Shown here piece after piece: positions 18,321-26,950 of a stretch of 64,000 nt of DNA (position 1 is its first letter; each line of letters starts with the position of its first letter). Both the position numbers and the translations under genes were made by a program. Below the pieces are notes generated by a model. That model was not told where the DNA came from. It saw nothing but the letters and a program-made list of their open reading frames with translations, and did not search any database. The stretch is from Myxococcota bacterium (lineage in GTDB: Bacteria; Myxococcota; Myxococcia; Myxococcales; Myxococcaceae), in NCBI GenBank assembly GCA_049322495.1, contig JBMORD010000219.1:1-64000 (forward strand), given 5' to 3'.

Positions 18321-19106
18321 TCAGGTGAGGGTGGTGGGGACCTTCGCGTCGACGGCGAGCAGGTCTCGCGAGTCGAACACGCGCGCCGCGAAGGTGGCCC
18401 CGTCACTGCCGAGGAGCCGCTTCGCCCACGCCTGCACCACCTCCGACGAGACCGGCGTTGTCTCGAGGTCGAGCCGCGGCACGACGCGGGCGACGAGCGC
18501 TGAGGGCACGCCGGCCGAGACGAGCGCCGCGCGGAACCGGTCCGCCGCCTGGCCGAGTCGGAAGGCCTTGAGGTTCGCCTGCAGCACGCGCTCGCCGCGC
18601 GGCGTGAAGAGCGAGGTGACGTGCTTCTCGAGCAGCTCCACGGGCAGCGGCAGGTGCGCCGCCGCGGCGCCGAGCACCACCATGTTCTGCGCCTTCATCG
18701 CGCCGGCCTTCGCCGCGAGCCGCGTGGCGTCGACGGTGACGAGGTTCGGCACCGCGAAGAGCACCTCGTAGAGGCGCGGCAGCTCCGGGTAGTCCGAGAT
18801 GTTCTTGAGCGGCGTGACGTCGGTGATGATCCACCCGTCGGCCGCGAGCAGCGAGGTGTAGCGCAGGCTCTCGAGCGGCTCGACCGAGAGCACCGCGCCC
18901 GCCGAGCCCTGCGAGATGAGGTCGCTGGCCACCGGCGCGCTCGACAGCCGCACGTGCGCCGAGACCGCGCCGCCCCGCTGCGCCATGCCGTGCACCTCGG
19001 GCTGCTTGAAGTACAGCCCGGCGTCGGTCGCGGCGTGGTCGACGACGTACGCGGTGGTGAGCACGCCCTGGCCACCGACTCCACAGAGGACGAGGTCGAA
19101 GTTCAT
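18321..19106 (-). CDS. iorB: Indolepyruvate ferredoxin oxidoreductase subunit beta
   Basis: 'MNFDLVLCGVGGQGVLTTAYVVDHA' matches IorB. The ATG overlaps the iorA stop (ATGA). Confidence 0.85.
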   Translation of the reverse strand: MNFDLVLCGVGGQGVLTTAYVVDHAATDAGLYFKQPEVHGMAQRGGAVSAHVRLSSAPVASDLISQGSAGAVLSVEPLESLRYTSLLAADGWIITDVTPLKNISDYPELPRLYEVLFAVPNLVTVDATRLAAKAGAMKAQNMVVLGAAAAHLPLPVELLEKHVTSLFTPRGERVLQANLKAFRLGQAADRFRAALVSAGVPSALVARVVPRLDLETTPVSSEVVQAWAKRLLGSDGATFAARVFDSRDLLAVDAKVPTTLT

Positions 19107-20809
19107 CGGCAGCTCCCGGTGCAGCTCGCGCAGTCAGGGTGATCGTGCGCCTCGGTCTCGTGCGCCTCGACCGCCGCGCGCTCGGCGGCGTGGAGCTCGC
19201 GCTCCTTCTTGTTCTCCTTGATCTCCTTCGCGTACCGGACGCACGCGCGGCGCGCGATGATCACCGACAAGCCGTCGTGGGCCAGCTCCTCGCGCACCAC
19301 CGCGAGGTTCTCGGCGCGCTTCTGCGGCACCGGCACGATGATCCGGACGTGCTTGCGCTTGACGCCCAGGCCGGCGACGAGATCCGCCACCTGCTCGTCG
19401 GTCGCGCTGGTCGGCTGCCCGCCGGTCATCGCCACGATGCTGTTGTCGAGGATGAAGACCTTGATGTTGGTGTCTTCGTTCGCCGCGTCGAGCAGCGCGG
19501 TCATGCCCGAGTGGGTGAAGGTGCCGTCGCCGATGACGCACAGCGAGGGCTTGATGCCCGCGTGCGCCGCGCCGATGGCCATGCCGATCGACGAGCCCAT
19601 GCACAGGCACGAGTGAATCGCCTGGTACGGCTTGAGGTACCCCAGCGAGTAGCAGCCGATGTCGCCCATCACGCGCTGCCCACCGGCCTCGCGCATCACC
19701 TCGTTGATGATGTCGTACGAGTCGCCGTGCGGGCAGGCGTCGCACAGCCGCGGCGGTCGCGGCGCGAGCAGCTCGGCGAGCCCCGGCACCTGCAGTGACG
19801 CCTTCACCGGCACCCCGAAGGCCTTGCGCAGCACGTCGGGCGAGAGCTCCCCCATGCGCGGCAGGTCGCCGGTCATGCGCCCCTTCACCGGCTTCTCGCG
19901 GAACAGCCCCAGCCCGCTCACGAAGCGCTCGATGAACGGGTAGCCCTCCTCGACGATGAGCAGCTCGCTCGAGGCGTCGATCAGCGCGCGCACCTTGTCG
20001 ATGGGCAGCGGGTACACGCCGATGCGCAGCACGTTGAGCTCGTCGAGCTTCGGGCCCAGCGCCTCCGCGAGGTAGTTGTACGCCACGCCGCTGACCAACA
20101 CGCCGCGCCGCCCCTGCCCGGTGACGCGGAGCGTGTTCGCCGGGTGCTCGCTCGCGTACCGCTGCAGCGCCGCCTGCTTCTCGACCAGCCCCGCGTACGC
20201 CTTGCGCGCGTTGGACGGGATGAGCGTGTAGAGCGCCGGGTCTTCCACGTAGCGCGTCTCGTTCTGCGGGCGGCGTGCGGCGAGCTCCACCAGCGCGCGG
20301 CTGTGCGCCAGCCGTGTCACCAGCCGCAGCAGCACCGGCACCCGCACCTTCTCCGAGAGCTCGAAGGCCTCGCGCGCGAAGTCGTAGGCCTGCTGCTGAT
20401 CCGCCGGCTCGAAGCACGGCACCTGCGCGAAGTCGGCGAAGTAGCGCGAGTCCTGCTCGTTCTGCGAGCTGTGCATCGACGGGTCGTCGGCCACCGTCAC
20501 CACCAGCCCGCCCCACGCCCCCGCCACCGCCACGTTCATGAACGGGTCCGCCGCGACGTTGAGGCCGACGTGCTTCATCGACACCATCGCGCGCTTGCCG
20601 CAGTACGAGACGCCCACCGCCTCCTCGAGCGCCACCTTCTCGTTGGTCGACCACAGCGTGCGCACCGGCAGCTGGTTCGCCTTCACGTACTGCTGGAGGC
20701 TCTCGAGGATCTCCGTCGACGGAGTGCCGGGGTACGCGTACGCCGCGCTCAGCCCCGCGTCGATCGCCCCGCGGGAGACCGCTTCATCACCGAGCAGGAT
20801 TTCTTTCAT
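19103..20809 (-). CDS. iorA: Indolepyruvate ferredoxin oxidoreductase subunit alpha
   Basis: The start was placed at 'MKEILLGDEAVSRGAIDAGLSAAYAYPGTPSTEI'. A TPP-binding motif 'CVIGDGTFTHSGMTALLDA' is present, and a C-terminal ferredoxin-like segment reads 'CASCTGSC'. Only the 3' 568 codons of the 1350-aa track ORF are genuine. Confidence 0.9.
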   Translation of the reverse strand: MKEILLGDEAVSRGAIDAGLSAAYAYPGTPSTEILESLQQYVKANQLPVRTLWSTNEKVALEEAVGVSYCGKRAMVSMKHVGLNVAADPFMNVAVAGAWGGLVVTVADDPSMHSSQNEQDSRYFADFAQVPCFEPADQQQAYDFAREAFELSEKVRVPVLLRLVTRLAHSRALVELAARRPQNETRYVEDPALYTLIPSNARKAYAGLVEKQAALQRYASEHPANTLRVTGQGRRGVLVSGVAYNYLAEALGPKLDELNVLRIGVYPLPIDKVRALIDASSELLIVEEGYPFIERFVSGLGLFREKPVKGRMTGDLPRMGELSPDVLRKAFGVPVKASLQVPGLAELLAPRPPRLCDACPHGDSYDIINEVMREAGGQRVMGDIGCYSLGYLKPYQAIHSCLCMGSSIGMAIGAAHAGIKPSLCVIGDGTFTHSGMTALLDAANEDTNIKVFILDNSIVAMTGGQPTSATDEQVADLVAGLGVKRKHVRIIVPVPQKRAENLAVVREELAHDGLSVIIARRACVRYAKEIKENKKERELHAAERAAVEAHETEAHDHPDCASCTGSCR

Positions 20810-21010
20810 CCCCGCGCGCGATGCACGGTTCGTGCTGCGACTCGAATTCGAGGAATTGCACGGCGTTGCCTCGCGGCGGCGCAAATCGCGCGGAGGGGTG
20901 GAGGGCCGGTCGCAAAGGCTGCGTGTTCGGATCAGGAACGTCGTGAAACAGCCGAACTCATGGGCGCCGTGTGCCAAGGTTCTCAGGCTCACTTGCTGGA
21001 GGGGACCCTC

Positions 21011-22507
21011 ATGATCCGTCGTGTACTTCTCGCGGCCGCGCTGGTGCCGGCTGCTGCCCACGCCTTCTGTGGCTTCTACGTCGCGGGCGGCGGCGCGGAG
21101 CTGTTCAACAACGCCACCCAGGTCGCGCTGATGCGCGACGGCACGCGCACCGTGCTCTCGATGCAGAACAACTACCAGGGGCCGCCGGAGAACTTCGCGA
21201 TGGTCATCCCGGTGCCGGTGGTGCTCCAGAAGGAGAACGTGAAGACGCTCGACCGCGCCGTCTTCCAGCACCTCGACCAGCTCGCCGCGCCGCGCCTCGT
21301 CGAGTACTGGGAGCAGGACCCCTGCCAGCAGCGCCGCTACCGCGAGGAAGAGGAGCGCATGGTGATGAAGTCGGCGGAGATGCCGATGGCGAGTGCGGGC
21401 GCGCCTCCGCTGGTGAAGGTCGAGGCGCAGTTCACCGTCGGCGAGTACGAGATCGTGATCCTGAGCGCGCGCGACGCGCTGGCCCTCGACGCGTGGCTCA
21501 AGCAGAACAAGTACAAGATCCCCGACGGGGCCGAGCCGCTGTTCCGCCCCTACGTGCAGCAGGGCATGAAGTTCTTCGTCGCCCGCGTCGACGTGAAGAA
21601 GGTGGCCTTCAAGGACGGCATGGCCGCGCTCTCGCCGCTGCGCTTCCACTACGACAGCGAGAAGTTCGAGCTGCCGGTGCGCCTCGGGCTGATCAACGCG
21701 AAGGACAAGCAGGACCTGATCATCCACATCCTCGCGAAGAACCAGCGGTACGAGGTGGCGAACTACCCGAACGTCACCATCCCCACCAACATCGACCTCG
21801 TGCCGAGCGCGAAGAGCGAGTTCGCGCCGTTCTACGTGAGCCTCTTCGACCGCACGCTCAAGAAGAACCCCAACGCAGTGGTGACCGAGTACGCATGGCA
21901 GGCGACCTCGTGCGACCCGTGCCCCACCGCGCCGCTCGAGGAGAGCGACATGGTGACGCTCGGCAAGGACGTGCTCCCGAAGGCCGGCAAGGGCCAGGGC
22001 ACCACGTTCGACCCGTCTGACAACTTCGTGCTCACGCGGCTCCACGCGCGCTACGACAAGAGCTCGCTCGGCGAAGACCTCGTGTTCCGCGCGGCGAAGC
22101 CCATCGAGGGCGGCCGCGAGTTCGATCGCGAGGGCGAGGGCCTGCGGCAGACCGCGACCGAGGCGAGCTTCAACAACTTCCAGGGGCGCTACGCCATCCG
22201 CTACCCGTGGACCGGCGAGGTGAAGTGCAGCGACCCGCTCTTCGGCGTGTGGGGCGGCAACCCGCAGGGCGACGGCGCGTCGACCACGCCCGCGCAGGAG
22301 ACCGCCTTCGTCAAGCGCGACCCCGAGCTGCTCGCCAGGCTCGCCGAGGCCGACGTGCCGGTGTTCGAGGTGAAGGCGCGCAAGCGGCTGTCGGGCGTGG
22401 CGCTGCGCGGTGACGCGGCGAAGCCGGCCGAGCCGAAGAAGCCCGAGCCGGCGCCCACGCCCGCGCCCCCCACGCCGACGAAGCGCTGGTGGGAGTTCTG
22501 GAAGTAG
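21011..22507 (+). CDS. Secreted DUF2330-like protein
   Basis: The start was trimmed to 'MIRRVLLAAALVPAAAHAFCGFYV'. The conserved hypothetical fold is followed by a Pro/Lys-rich tail 'KPAEPKKPEPAPTPAPPTPTKRWWEFWK'. Confidence 0.6.
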   Translation: MIRRVLLAAALVPAAAHAFCGFYVAGGGAELFNNATQVALMRDGTRTVLSMQNNYQGPPENFAMVIPVPVVLQKENVKTLDRAVFQHLDQLAAPRLVEYWEQDPCQQRRYREEEERMVMKSAEMPMASAGAPPLVKVEAQFTVGEYEIVILSARDALALDAWLKQNKYKIPDGAEPLFRPYVQQGMKFFVARVDVKKVAFKDGMAALSPLRFHYDSEKFELPVRLGLINAKDKQDLIIHILAKNQRYEVANYPNVTIPTNIDLVPSAKSEFAPFYVSLFDRTLKKNPNAVVTEYAWQATSCDPCPTAPLEESDMVTLGKDVLPKAGKGQGTTFDPSDNFVLTRLHARYDKSSLGEDLVFRAAKPIEGGREFDREGEGLRQTATEASFNNFQGRYAIRYPWTGEVKCSDPLFGVWGGNPQGDGASTTPAQETAFVKRDPELLARLAEADVPVFEVKARKRLSGVALRGDAAKPAEPKKPEPAPTPAPPTPTKRWWEFWK

Positions 22508-22564
22508 CACCCCCGCGTCAGCAGGCTTGCCTTCGGGCGGCGGCGCGCCCACGGTGGGCGCGTC

Positions 22565-23224
22565 ATGACGACGGTGTTGTTCGTTCACGGTCTCGAGTCG
22601 GGTCCCCGCGGTCGCAAGGCCCTCGCGCTCGAGCAGGCGGGCTTCCAGGTCGTCGCCGCGAAGATGCCGTGCAGCCGCCGCGACGTGCTCGCCGACCCGG
22701 TGACGCTCGCGGTGCTCGCCTTCGCCGCCCTCGCCGTCGCCGCCTTCGTCGCGAAGCTGGGCGCGCTCGGCTTCGTGCTCGGGGTGATGAGCGTCTTCCT
22801 CGCGCAGCGCTTCGTGCGCCCGCAGCTCACCCGCCGCGTGTTCCGGCGGAGCGTCGCGGTGCAGGCGCAGCTCCTCGCGCGCGAGAAGGTCGACGTGGTG
22901 GTCGGCTCGTCGTTCGGCGGCGCCGTCGCGCTCGAGCTGCTGCGCACCGCGAAGTGGGCCGGCCCCACCGTGCTCCTGTGCCCCGCCCAGCGCCGCGTCG
23001 CAGCCCGCGCGTGGTGGCCCTCGCCGACGCTCCCCGCCACCGCCTCGCGCGTGCTCGTGGTCCACGCCCGGCAGGACGAGACGGTGCCGCTCGCCGACTC
23101 GCACCTCCTCGTGAAGGGCACCGCCGCGGCGCTCCTCGAGGTCGATGACGATCACCGCCTCAGCGCCACCGCGACCCCCGAGAACCTCCGCGCGTGGGTC
23201 GAGCGGGTGATGGCGCCGATGTAG
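22565..23224 (+). CDS. Alpha/beta-hydrolase (YqiA-like esterase) with an inserted hydrophobic segment
   Basis: The N-terminus is 'VLFVHGLESGPRG' and a nucleophile elbow reads 'VVVGSSFGGAVA'. Confidence 0.6.
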   Translation: MTTVLFVHGLESGPRGRKALALEQAGFQVVAAKMPCSRRDVLADPVTLAVLAFAALAVAAFVAKLGALGFVLGVMSVFLAQRFVRPQLTRRVFRRSVAVQAQLLAREKVDVVVGSSFGGAVALELLRTAKWAGPTVLLCPAQRRVAARAWWPSPTLPATASRVLVVHARQDETVPLADSHLLVKGTAAALLEVDDDHRLSATATPENLRAWVERVMAPM

Positions 23225-23317
23225 GCCTCACGCCTGCAGTGTCGGTTCTGCGCCGCGTAGTGATTTCAAAATCAACAGCGTCGACATTCCGCGCCCTCAA
23301 ACCGGGGAGGGACCCAC

Positions 23318-24232
23318 ATGCGACGACTGTTCATCACGCTTTCGCTGCTCATCAGCACGCACGTCCTGGCGGCCGACACGTACACGAAGACGAAGTACCC
23401 CATCGTGCTCGTGCACGGCCTGCTGGGCTTCGACAAGCTGCTCGGCATCCTCGACTACTTCCACGCGATCCCCGGCGAGCTCCGCGACGGCGGCGCGAAG
23501 GTGTTCGTGGTCGACGTCTCGGCGGCGAACTCCACCACGCTCCGCGGCGAGCAGCTCATCGCCCAGCTCGAGACGCTCAAGGCGATCCACGGCGTGGCGA
23601 AGTTCAACCTCGTCGGGCACAGCCACGGCGGCCCCACGGCGCGCTACGCCGCCTCGGTGCGCCCCGACCTCGTGGCGTCGGTCACCAGCGTCGGCTCGCC
23701 GCACACCGGCAGCGCGGTCGCCGACCTCATCGCGACGGTGGCGCCTCCGGGCAGCGCGCAGGCCTCGCTCGCGGCGGGCTTCGTGAACGCGCTCTCGGCG
23801 TTCGTCGCCTTCCTCTCGGGCAGCGCCAACCCGCAGGACGCGCTGGCCGCCCTCGGCTCGCTCTCCAGCAAGGGCTCCGCGGCGTTCAACACGCTCCACC
23901 CGGCGGGCAAGCCGACCACCGCGTGCGGTCAGGGCGCGGGCCTCGTCAACGGCGTGCGCTACTACTCGATGGGCGGCACCTCGGTGCTCACCAACATCCT
24001 CGACGCCAGCGACGCGATGATGGCCGCCGGCGCGCTGGTCTTCGGCTTCGAGCAGAACGACGGCCTCGTCGGCCAGTGCTCGTCGCACTGGGGCGTGGTG
24101 CTCCGCGACGACTACGGCTGGAACCACCTCGACGAGGTGAACCAGCTCGTCGGGCTGCGCGGCCTCTTCGCGTCGTCGCCGGTGTCGGTGTACCGCGCGC
24201 ACGCGAACCGGCTGAAGAACCTGGGCCTCTGA
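23318..24232 (+). CDS. lipA: Secreted triacylglycerol lipase (Pseudomonas/Burkholderia subfamily I.1/I.2 type)
   Basis: A signal peptide is followed by the oxyanion region 'YPIVLVHGLLGF' and the catalytic Ser pentapeptide 'LVGHSHGG'. Confidence 0.9.
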   Translation: MRRLFITLSLLISTHVLAADTYTKTKYPIVLVHGLLGFDKLLGILDYFHAIPGELRDGGAKVFVVDVSAANSTTLRGEQLIAQLETLKAIHGVAKFNLVGHSHGGPTARYAASVRPDLVASVTSVGSPHTGSAVADLIATVAPPGSAQASLAAGFVNALSAFVAFLSGSANPQDALAALGSLSSKGSAAFNTLHPAGKPTTACGQGAGLVNGVRYYSMGGTSVLTNILDASDAMMAAGALVFGFEQNDGLVGQCSSHWGVVLRDDYGWNHLDEVNQLVGLRGLFASSPVSVYRAHANRLKNLGL

Positions 24233-25191
24233 TGCGCAGGTGGTCGTTCGCCGTGGCGGGCGTTGCGCTCGTCGCGGCGCTCGTGTTCTCGTGGGCTTCG
24301 GGCGGCGACGCTCCGGCCTCCAGCGCGACGGCGGACCGCGGCCTCGCGCCGCTCGCTCCACGACAGACTTCCACCACCGCCGCTGCTCCAGACGCCGTCC
24401 CCGTGCCCGAGACGCCGCCGTCGCTCCGGGGCGCGGAGCTCGACGGGGAGCTCGGCTGGAACCCCGACGGCTCGCTGCGCATCGACCTCGCGCTCCGGCG
24501 GCGCTTCGACCACCTGCTCTCGGCGCTCGGTGAGGTGACGCTCGCCCAGGTGCGCGCGCGCCTCGCCGCCGACGTCGCCCCCGTCGCGACCGCCGCGCAG
24601 CTGAGCGCGGTGCTCGCCGCGTTCGATCGCTACACCGGCTACCTCTCGGCGGTCGATCGCCTCGCGCCCCTCGCCGACCCGAAGGCCCGCCTCGAGAAGC
24701 TGCACGCGCTCCGCGTCGAGCTGCTCGGTGACGAGATGGCGCGCGCCTTCTTCGAAGACGAGGAGCGCGCCGACGCCTGGGCGCTCGAGCGTCGGGCACT
24801 GCAGGCGCGCGTCGACCTCTCCGCCGAGGAGAAGGCGGCGGCGCTGCGCGAGCTCGACCTGAAGCTCCCCGCCGAGGCACGCGCCTTCGTGCAGGACGCG
24901 ACCACGCTGCAGCAGACCCTGGAGGAGACCGCGGCCTTCGAGGCCGGGGGCGCGAGCCCTGAGGCGCGGCGCGCGGCGCGAGAGGCTCGGCTCGGCGCGG
25001 AGGCGGCGCAGCGCCTCGGTGAGCTCGACGAGCAGCGCGCGAAGTGGAACGCCCGCCTCGAGGCCTTCCGCAAGGAGCGCGCCGCGCTCGAGCCGCTCAC
25101 CGACGAGGGCCGCCGCAGGCTCGACGCCGTCCTCGAGCGCGACTTCGACGAGCCGGAGCGCCGCCGCGTGCGCGCGCTCGAGGGGCTCTGA
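24232..25191 (+). CDS. lif: Lipase-specific foldase (Lif / lipase chaperone)
   Basis: Its ATG overlaps the lipA stop (TGATG). An N-terminal TM anchor 'WSFAVAGVALVAALVF' is followed by a long helical domain with 'RRFDHLLSALGE' and 'FDRYTGYLSAV', which resemble Lif core motifs. Confidence 0.75.
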   Translation: MRRWSFAVAGVALVAALVFSWASGGDAPASSATADRGLAPLAPRQTSTTAAAPDAVPVPETPPSLRGAELDGELGWNPDGSLRIDLALRRRFDHLLSALGEVTLAQVRARLAADVAPVATAAQLSAVLAAFDRYTGYLSAVDRLAPLADPKARLEKLHALRVELLGDEMARAFFEDEERADAWALERRALQARVDLSAEEKAAALRELDLKLPAEARAFVQDATTLQQTLEETAAFEAGGASPEARRAAREARLGAEAAQRLGELDEQRAKWNARLEAFRKERAALEPLTDEGRRRLDAVLERDFDEPERRRVRALEGL

Positions 25192-25222
25192 CGAGCGACC
25201 CCGCAGGAGTAGCCTCCGCTTC

Positions 25223-26950
25223 ATGACGGGCACCCCCCACGACGTGTCCGCGCTCGGCCCCGACGAACAGGTGCTGGGCGCCAACGCCGCCGCGCGCAGC
25301 GTCAACGAGGTGCTGAGGGCCCTCTCGCGTGCCGCGCGGGCCTTCACGCTCTACGACTCGAAGAACGCCATCATGCGGCGCTTCCTCGCGGACTACCGGG
25401 CCGCGGTGCAGGCCGCGCTGACGAACGGCGCCTTCACCGTCACCGTCGGCCCATGGGAGTTCCTCCTCGGCAGCGAGGTCGTCTACCGAGAGAAGGATCG
25501 CGAGCGTTCGCTGGCCTTCCGTCTGTTCCGCGACGGGGTGCGCTCGCTCACCGTGAGCCCGGGCTTCACCTTCGAGGAAGGGGTGCAGCTCCTCGAGGCC
25601 ATCTCGCTGCGCTTCACCGGCGTGCGCCAGCGCGAAGACGACGCGGTGACGCTGCTGCGCAAGGCCGCCTTCACGCACCTCACCTTCACCGCCGTCGAGG
25701 GCTTCGTGCCCCAGGAAGAAGAGGGCGGTGCGCCGGCGCAGGTGGCCTCCGCCGCGGCAGGCGAGGTGCACGTGCAGGCGCCGCCCGACTTCGACCTGCC
25801 GCTCAAGCCGCTCCAGCCCGTCGCCTTCACGTGGCGCGAGGTGCCCGAGCGCTACCTCCTCGCCATCCGCGCCGAGGAGTCGCCGGCCGCCGTGCGCCAC
25901 GCCGCCGTGCGGCTGACGGGCGAGCTGCTGACGGCCGCGAACGGCCCTGCGTCGGAGCTGTCGAACGCCGAGCTGCTGTCGCTCGTGGCCGAGGTGCGCG
26001 ACGCGTGCCTCGTGGAGGGCGCGGCGGACTCACTGCTCGAGCTGGTGCACGTGGTGCGAGCCCAGCACGGCATCGGCCATGAGCTCCTCGCCCCGCTGAT
26101 CGACGCCATCGCCACGCCCGAGAGCTGGGGGCGGCTGCTCGACGCGCTGTCGCCGGAGCTGCCCGCGCCGCCGCCCGCCCTGGTGCAGCTCATGCTCGAG
26201 CTCGGGGGCGATCCGGTCGCGAGCATCGGCGCGCGCCTCAAGGACGCGCAGGACCCCGCGCTCCGCCATCTGCTCGAGGAGCTGCTGCTCGCCCTCGCGA
26301 AGCGGAAGCCGGACAAGGTGCTCTCGCAGCTCCAGTCGCTCGACGCGAAGGTGTCGGCGAAGCTCACCACCGCGATGGTCGGCGCGAACCCCGAGCAGGG
26401 GCTGGTCATCGCCACCCGCCTCGCCGCGAGCGCCGAGCCGAGCGCGCACCTCGAGGCGCTCGAGCTGGTGAGCCACTGTCCCCGCTCGGAGCAGGCCTTC
26501 GCCATCATGCTGCAGTTCCTCGCCAGCGCGGACGACGCGGTCTTCGCGAAGGCGGCGCAGGCGCTCGCGGTCGCGCACGAGTCGCGCGGGTTCGACCCGC
26601 TGCTCAAGCAGGTCGACGCGCGCGCCACCGCCGACACCCTCACGCGCGAGTCGGCGACGGCGGCTGGCGAGGCGCTGGTGGCGCTGGTCCCGCGGCGGGC
26701 GATTCCCCTCATCCGCCAGTGGGCGCACCCGAAGGCGGGCTTCCTCTCGCGGCTGGTGAACTCGCCTCACGAGCGGTGGCTGCAGGTGGTGGCGATCGCC
26801 GGGCTGGGGCTCCTCGCAGGCCCGGAGGCCGAGGCGGAGCTCCGCTCCATCGGCGAGCACACCTCCGACGAGCAGCTCAAGCGCCACTGCATCGCCACGG
26901 TGACGAAGCGGCGCCGCGCGGCGGCCGCGGGAGGGCCGAGCCATGGATGA
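25223..26950 (+). CDS. HEAT/ARM-like repeat hypothetical protein
   Basis: The 575-aa product is all-helical and repetitive, with 'LLEL..D...' units. Its stop overlaps the start of the HD-domain gene. Confidence 0.5.
   Translation: MTGTPHDVSALGPDEQVLGANAAARSVNEVLRALSRAARAFTLYDSKNAIMRRFLADYRAAVQAALTNGAFTVTVGPWEFLLGSEVVYREKDRERSLAFRLFRDGVRSLTVSPGFTFEEGVQLLEAISLRFTGVRQREDDAVTLLRKAAFTHLTFTAVEGFVPQEEEGGAPAQVASAAAGEVHVQAPPDFDLPLKPLQPVAFTWREVPERYLLAIRAEESPAAVRHAAVRLTGELLTAANGPASELSNAELLSLVAEVRDACLVEGAADSLLELVHVVRAQHGIGHELLAPLIDAIATPESWGRLLDALSPELPAPPPALVQLMLELGGDPVASIGARLKDAQDPALRHLLEELLLALAKRKPDKVLSQLQSLDAKVSAKLTTAMVGANPEQGLVIATRLAASAEPSAHLEALELVSHCPRSEQAFAIMLQFLASADDAVFAKAAQALAVAHESRGFDPLLKQVDARATADTLTRESATAAGEALVALVPRRAIPLIRQWAHPKAGFLSRLVNSPHERWLQVVAIAGLGLLAGPEAEAELRSIGEHTSDEQLKRHCIATVTKRRRAAAAGGPSHG

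Noticed and set aside
19134-20654. A 506-aa ORF and other overlapping alternative-frame ORFs with 'RRRRAP'-type composition throughout the window
   Set aside because: These are alternative frames of real genes such as iorA. They have extreme Arg/Gly/Ala/Pro content and no motifs. This is the usual GC-rich shadow-ORF phenomenon.
19103-23155. A 1350-aa minus-strand ORF that looks like a giant gene
   Set aside because: Only the 3' 568 codons (from 'MKEILLGDEAV' at 20809) have IorA-like composition. The upstream portion is Arg/Gly/His-rich antisense-type sequence, and it overlaps the convincing plus-strand DUF2330-like gene at 21011-22507.
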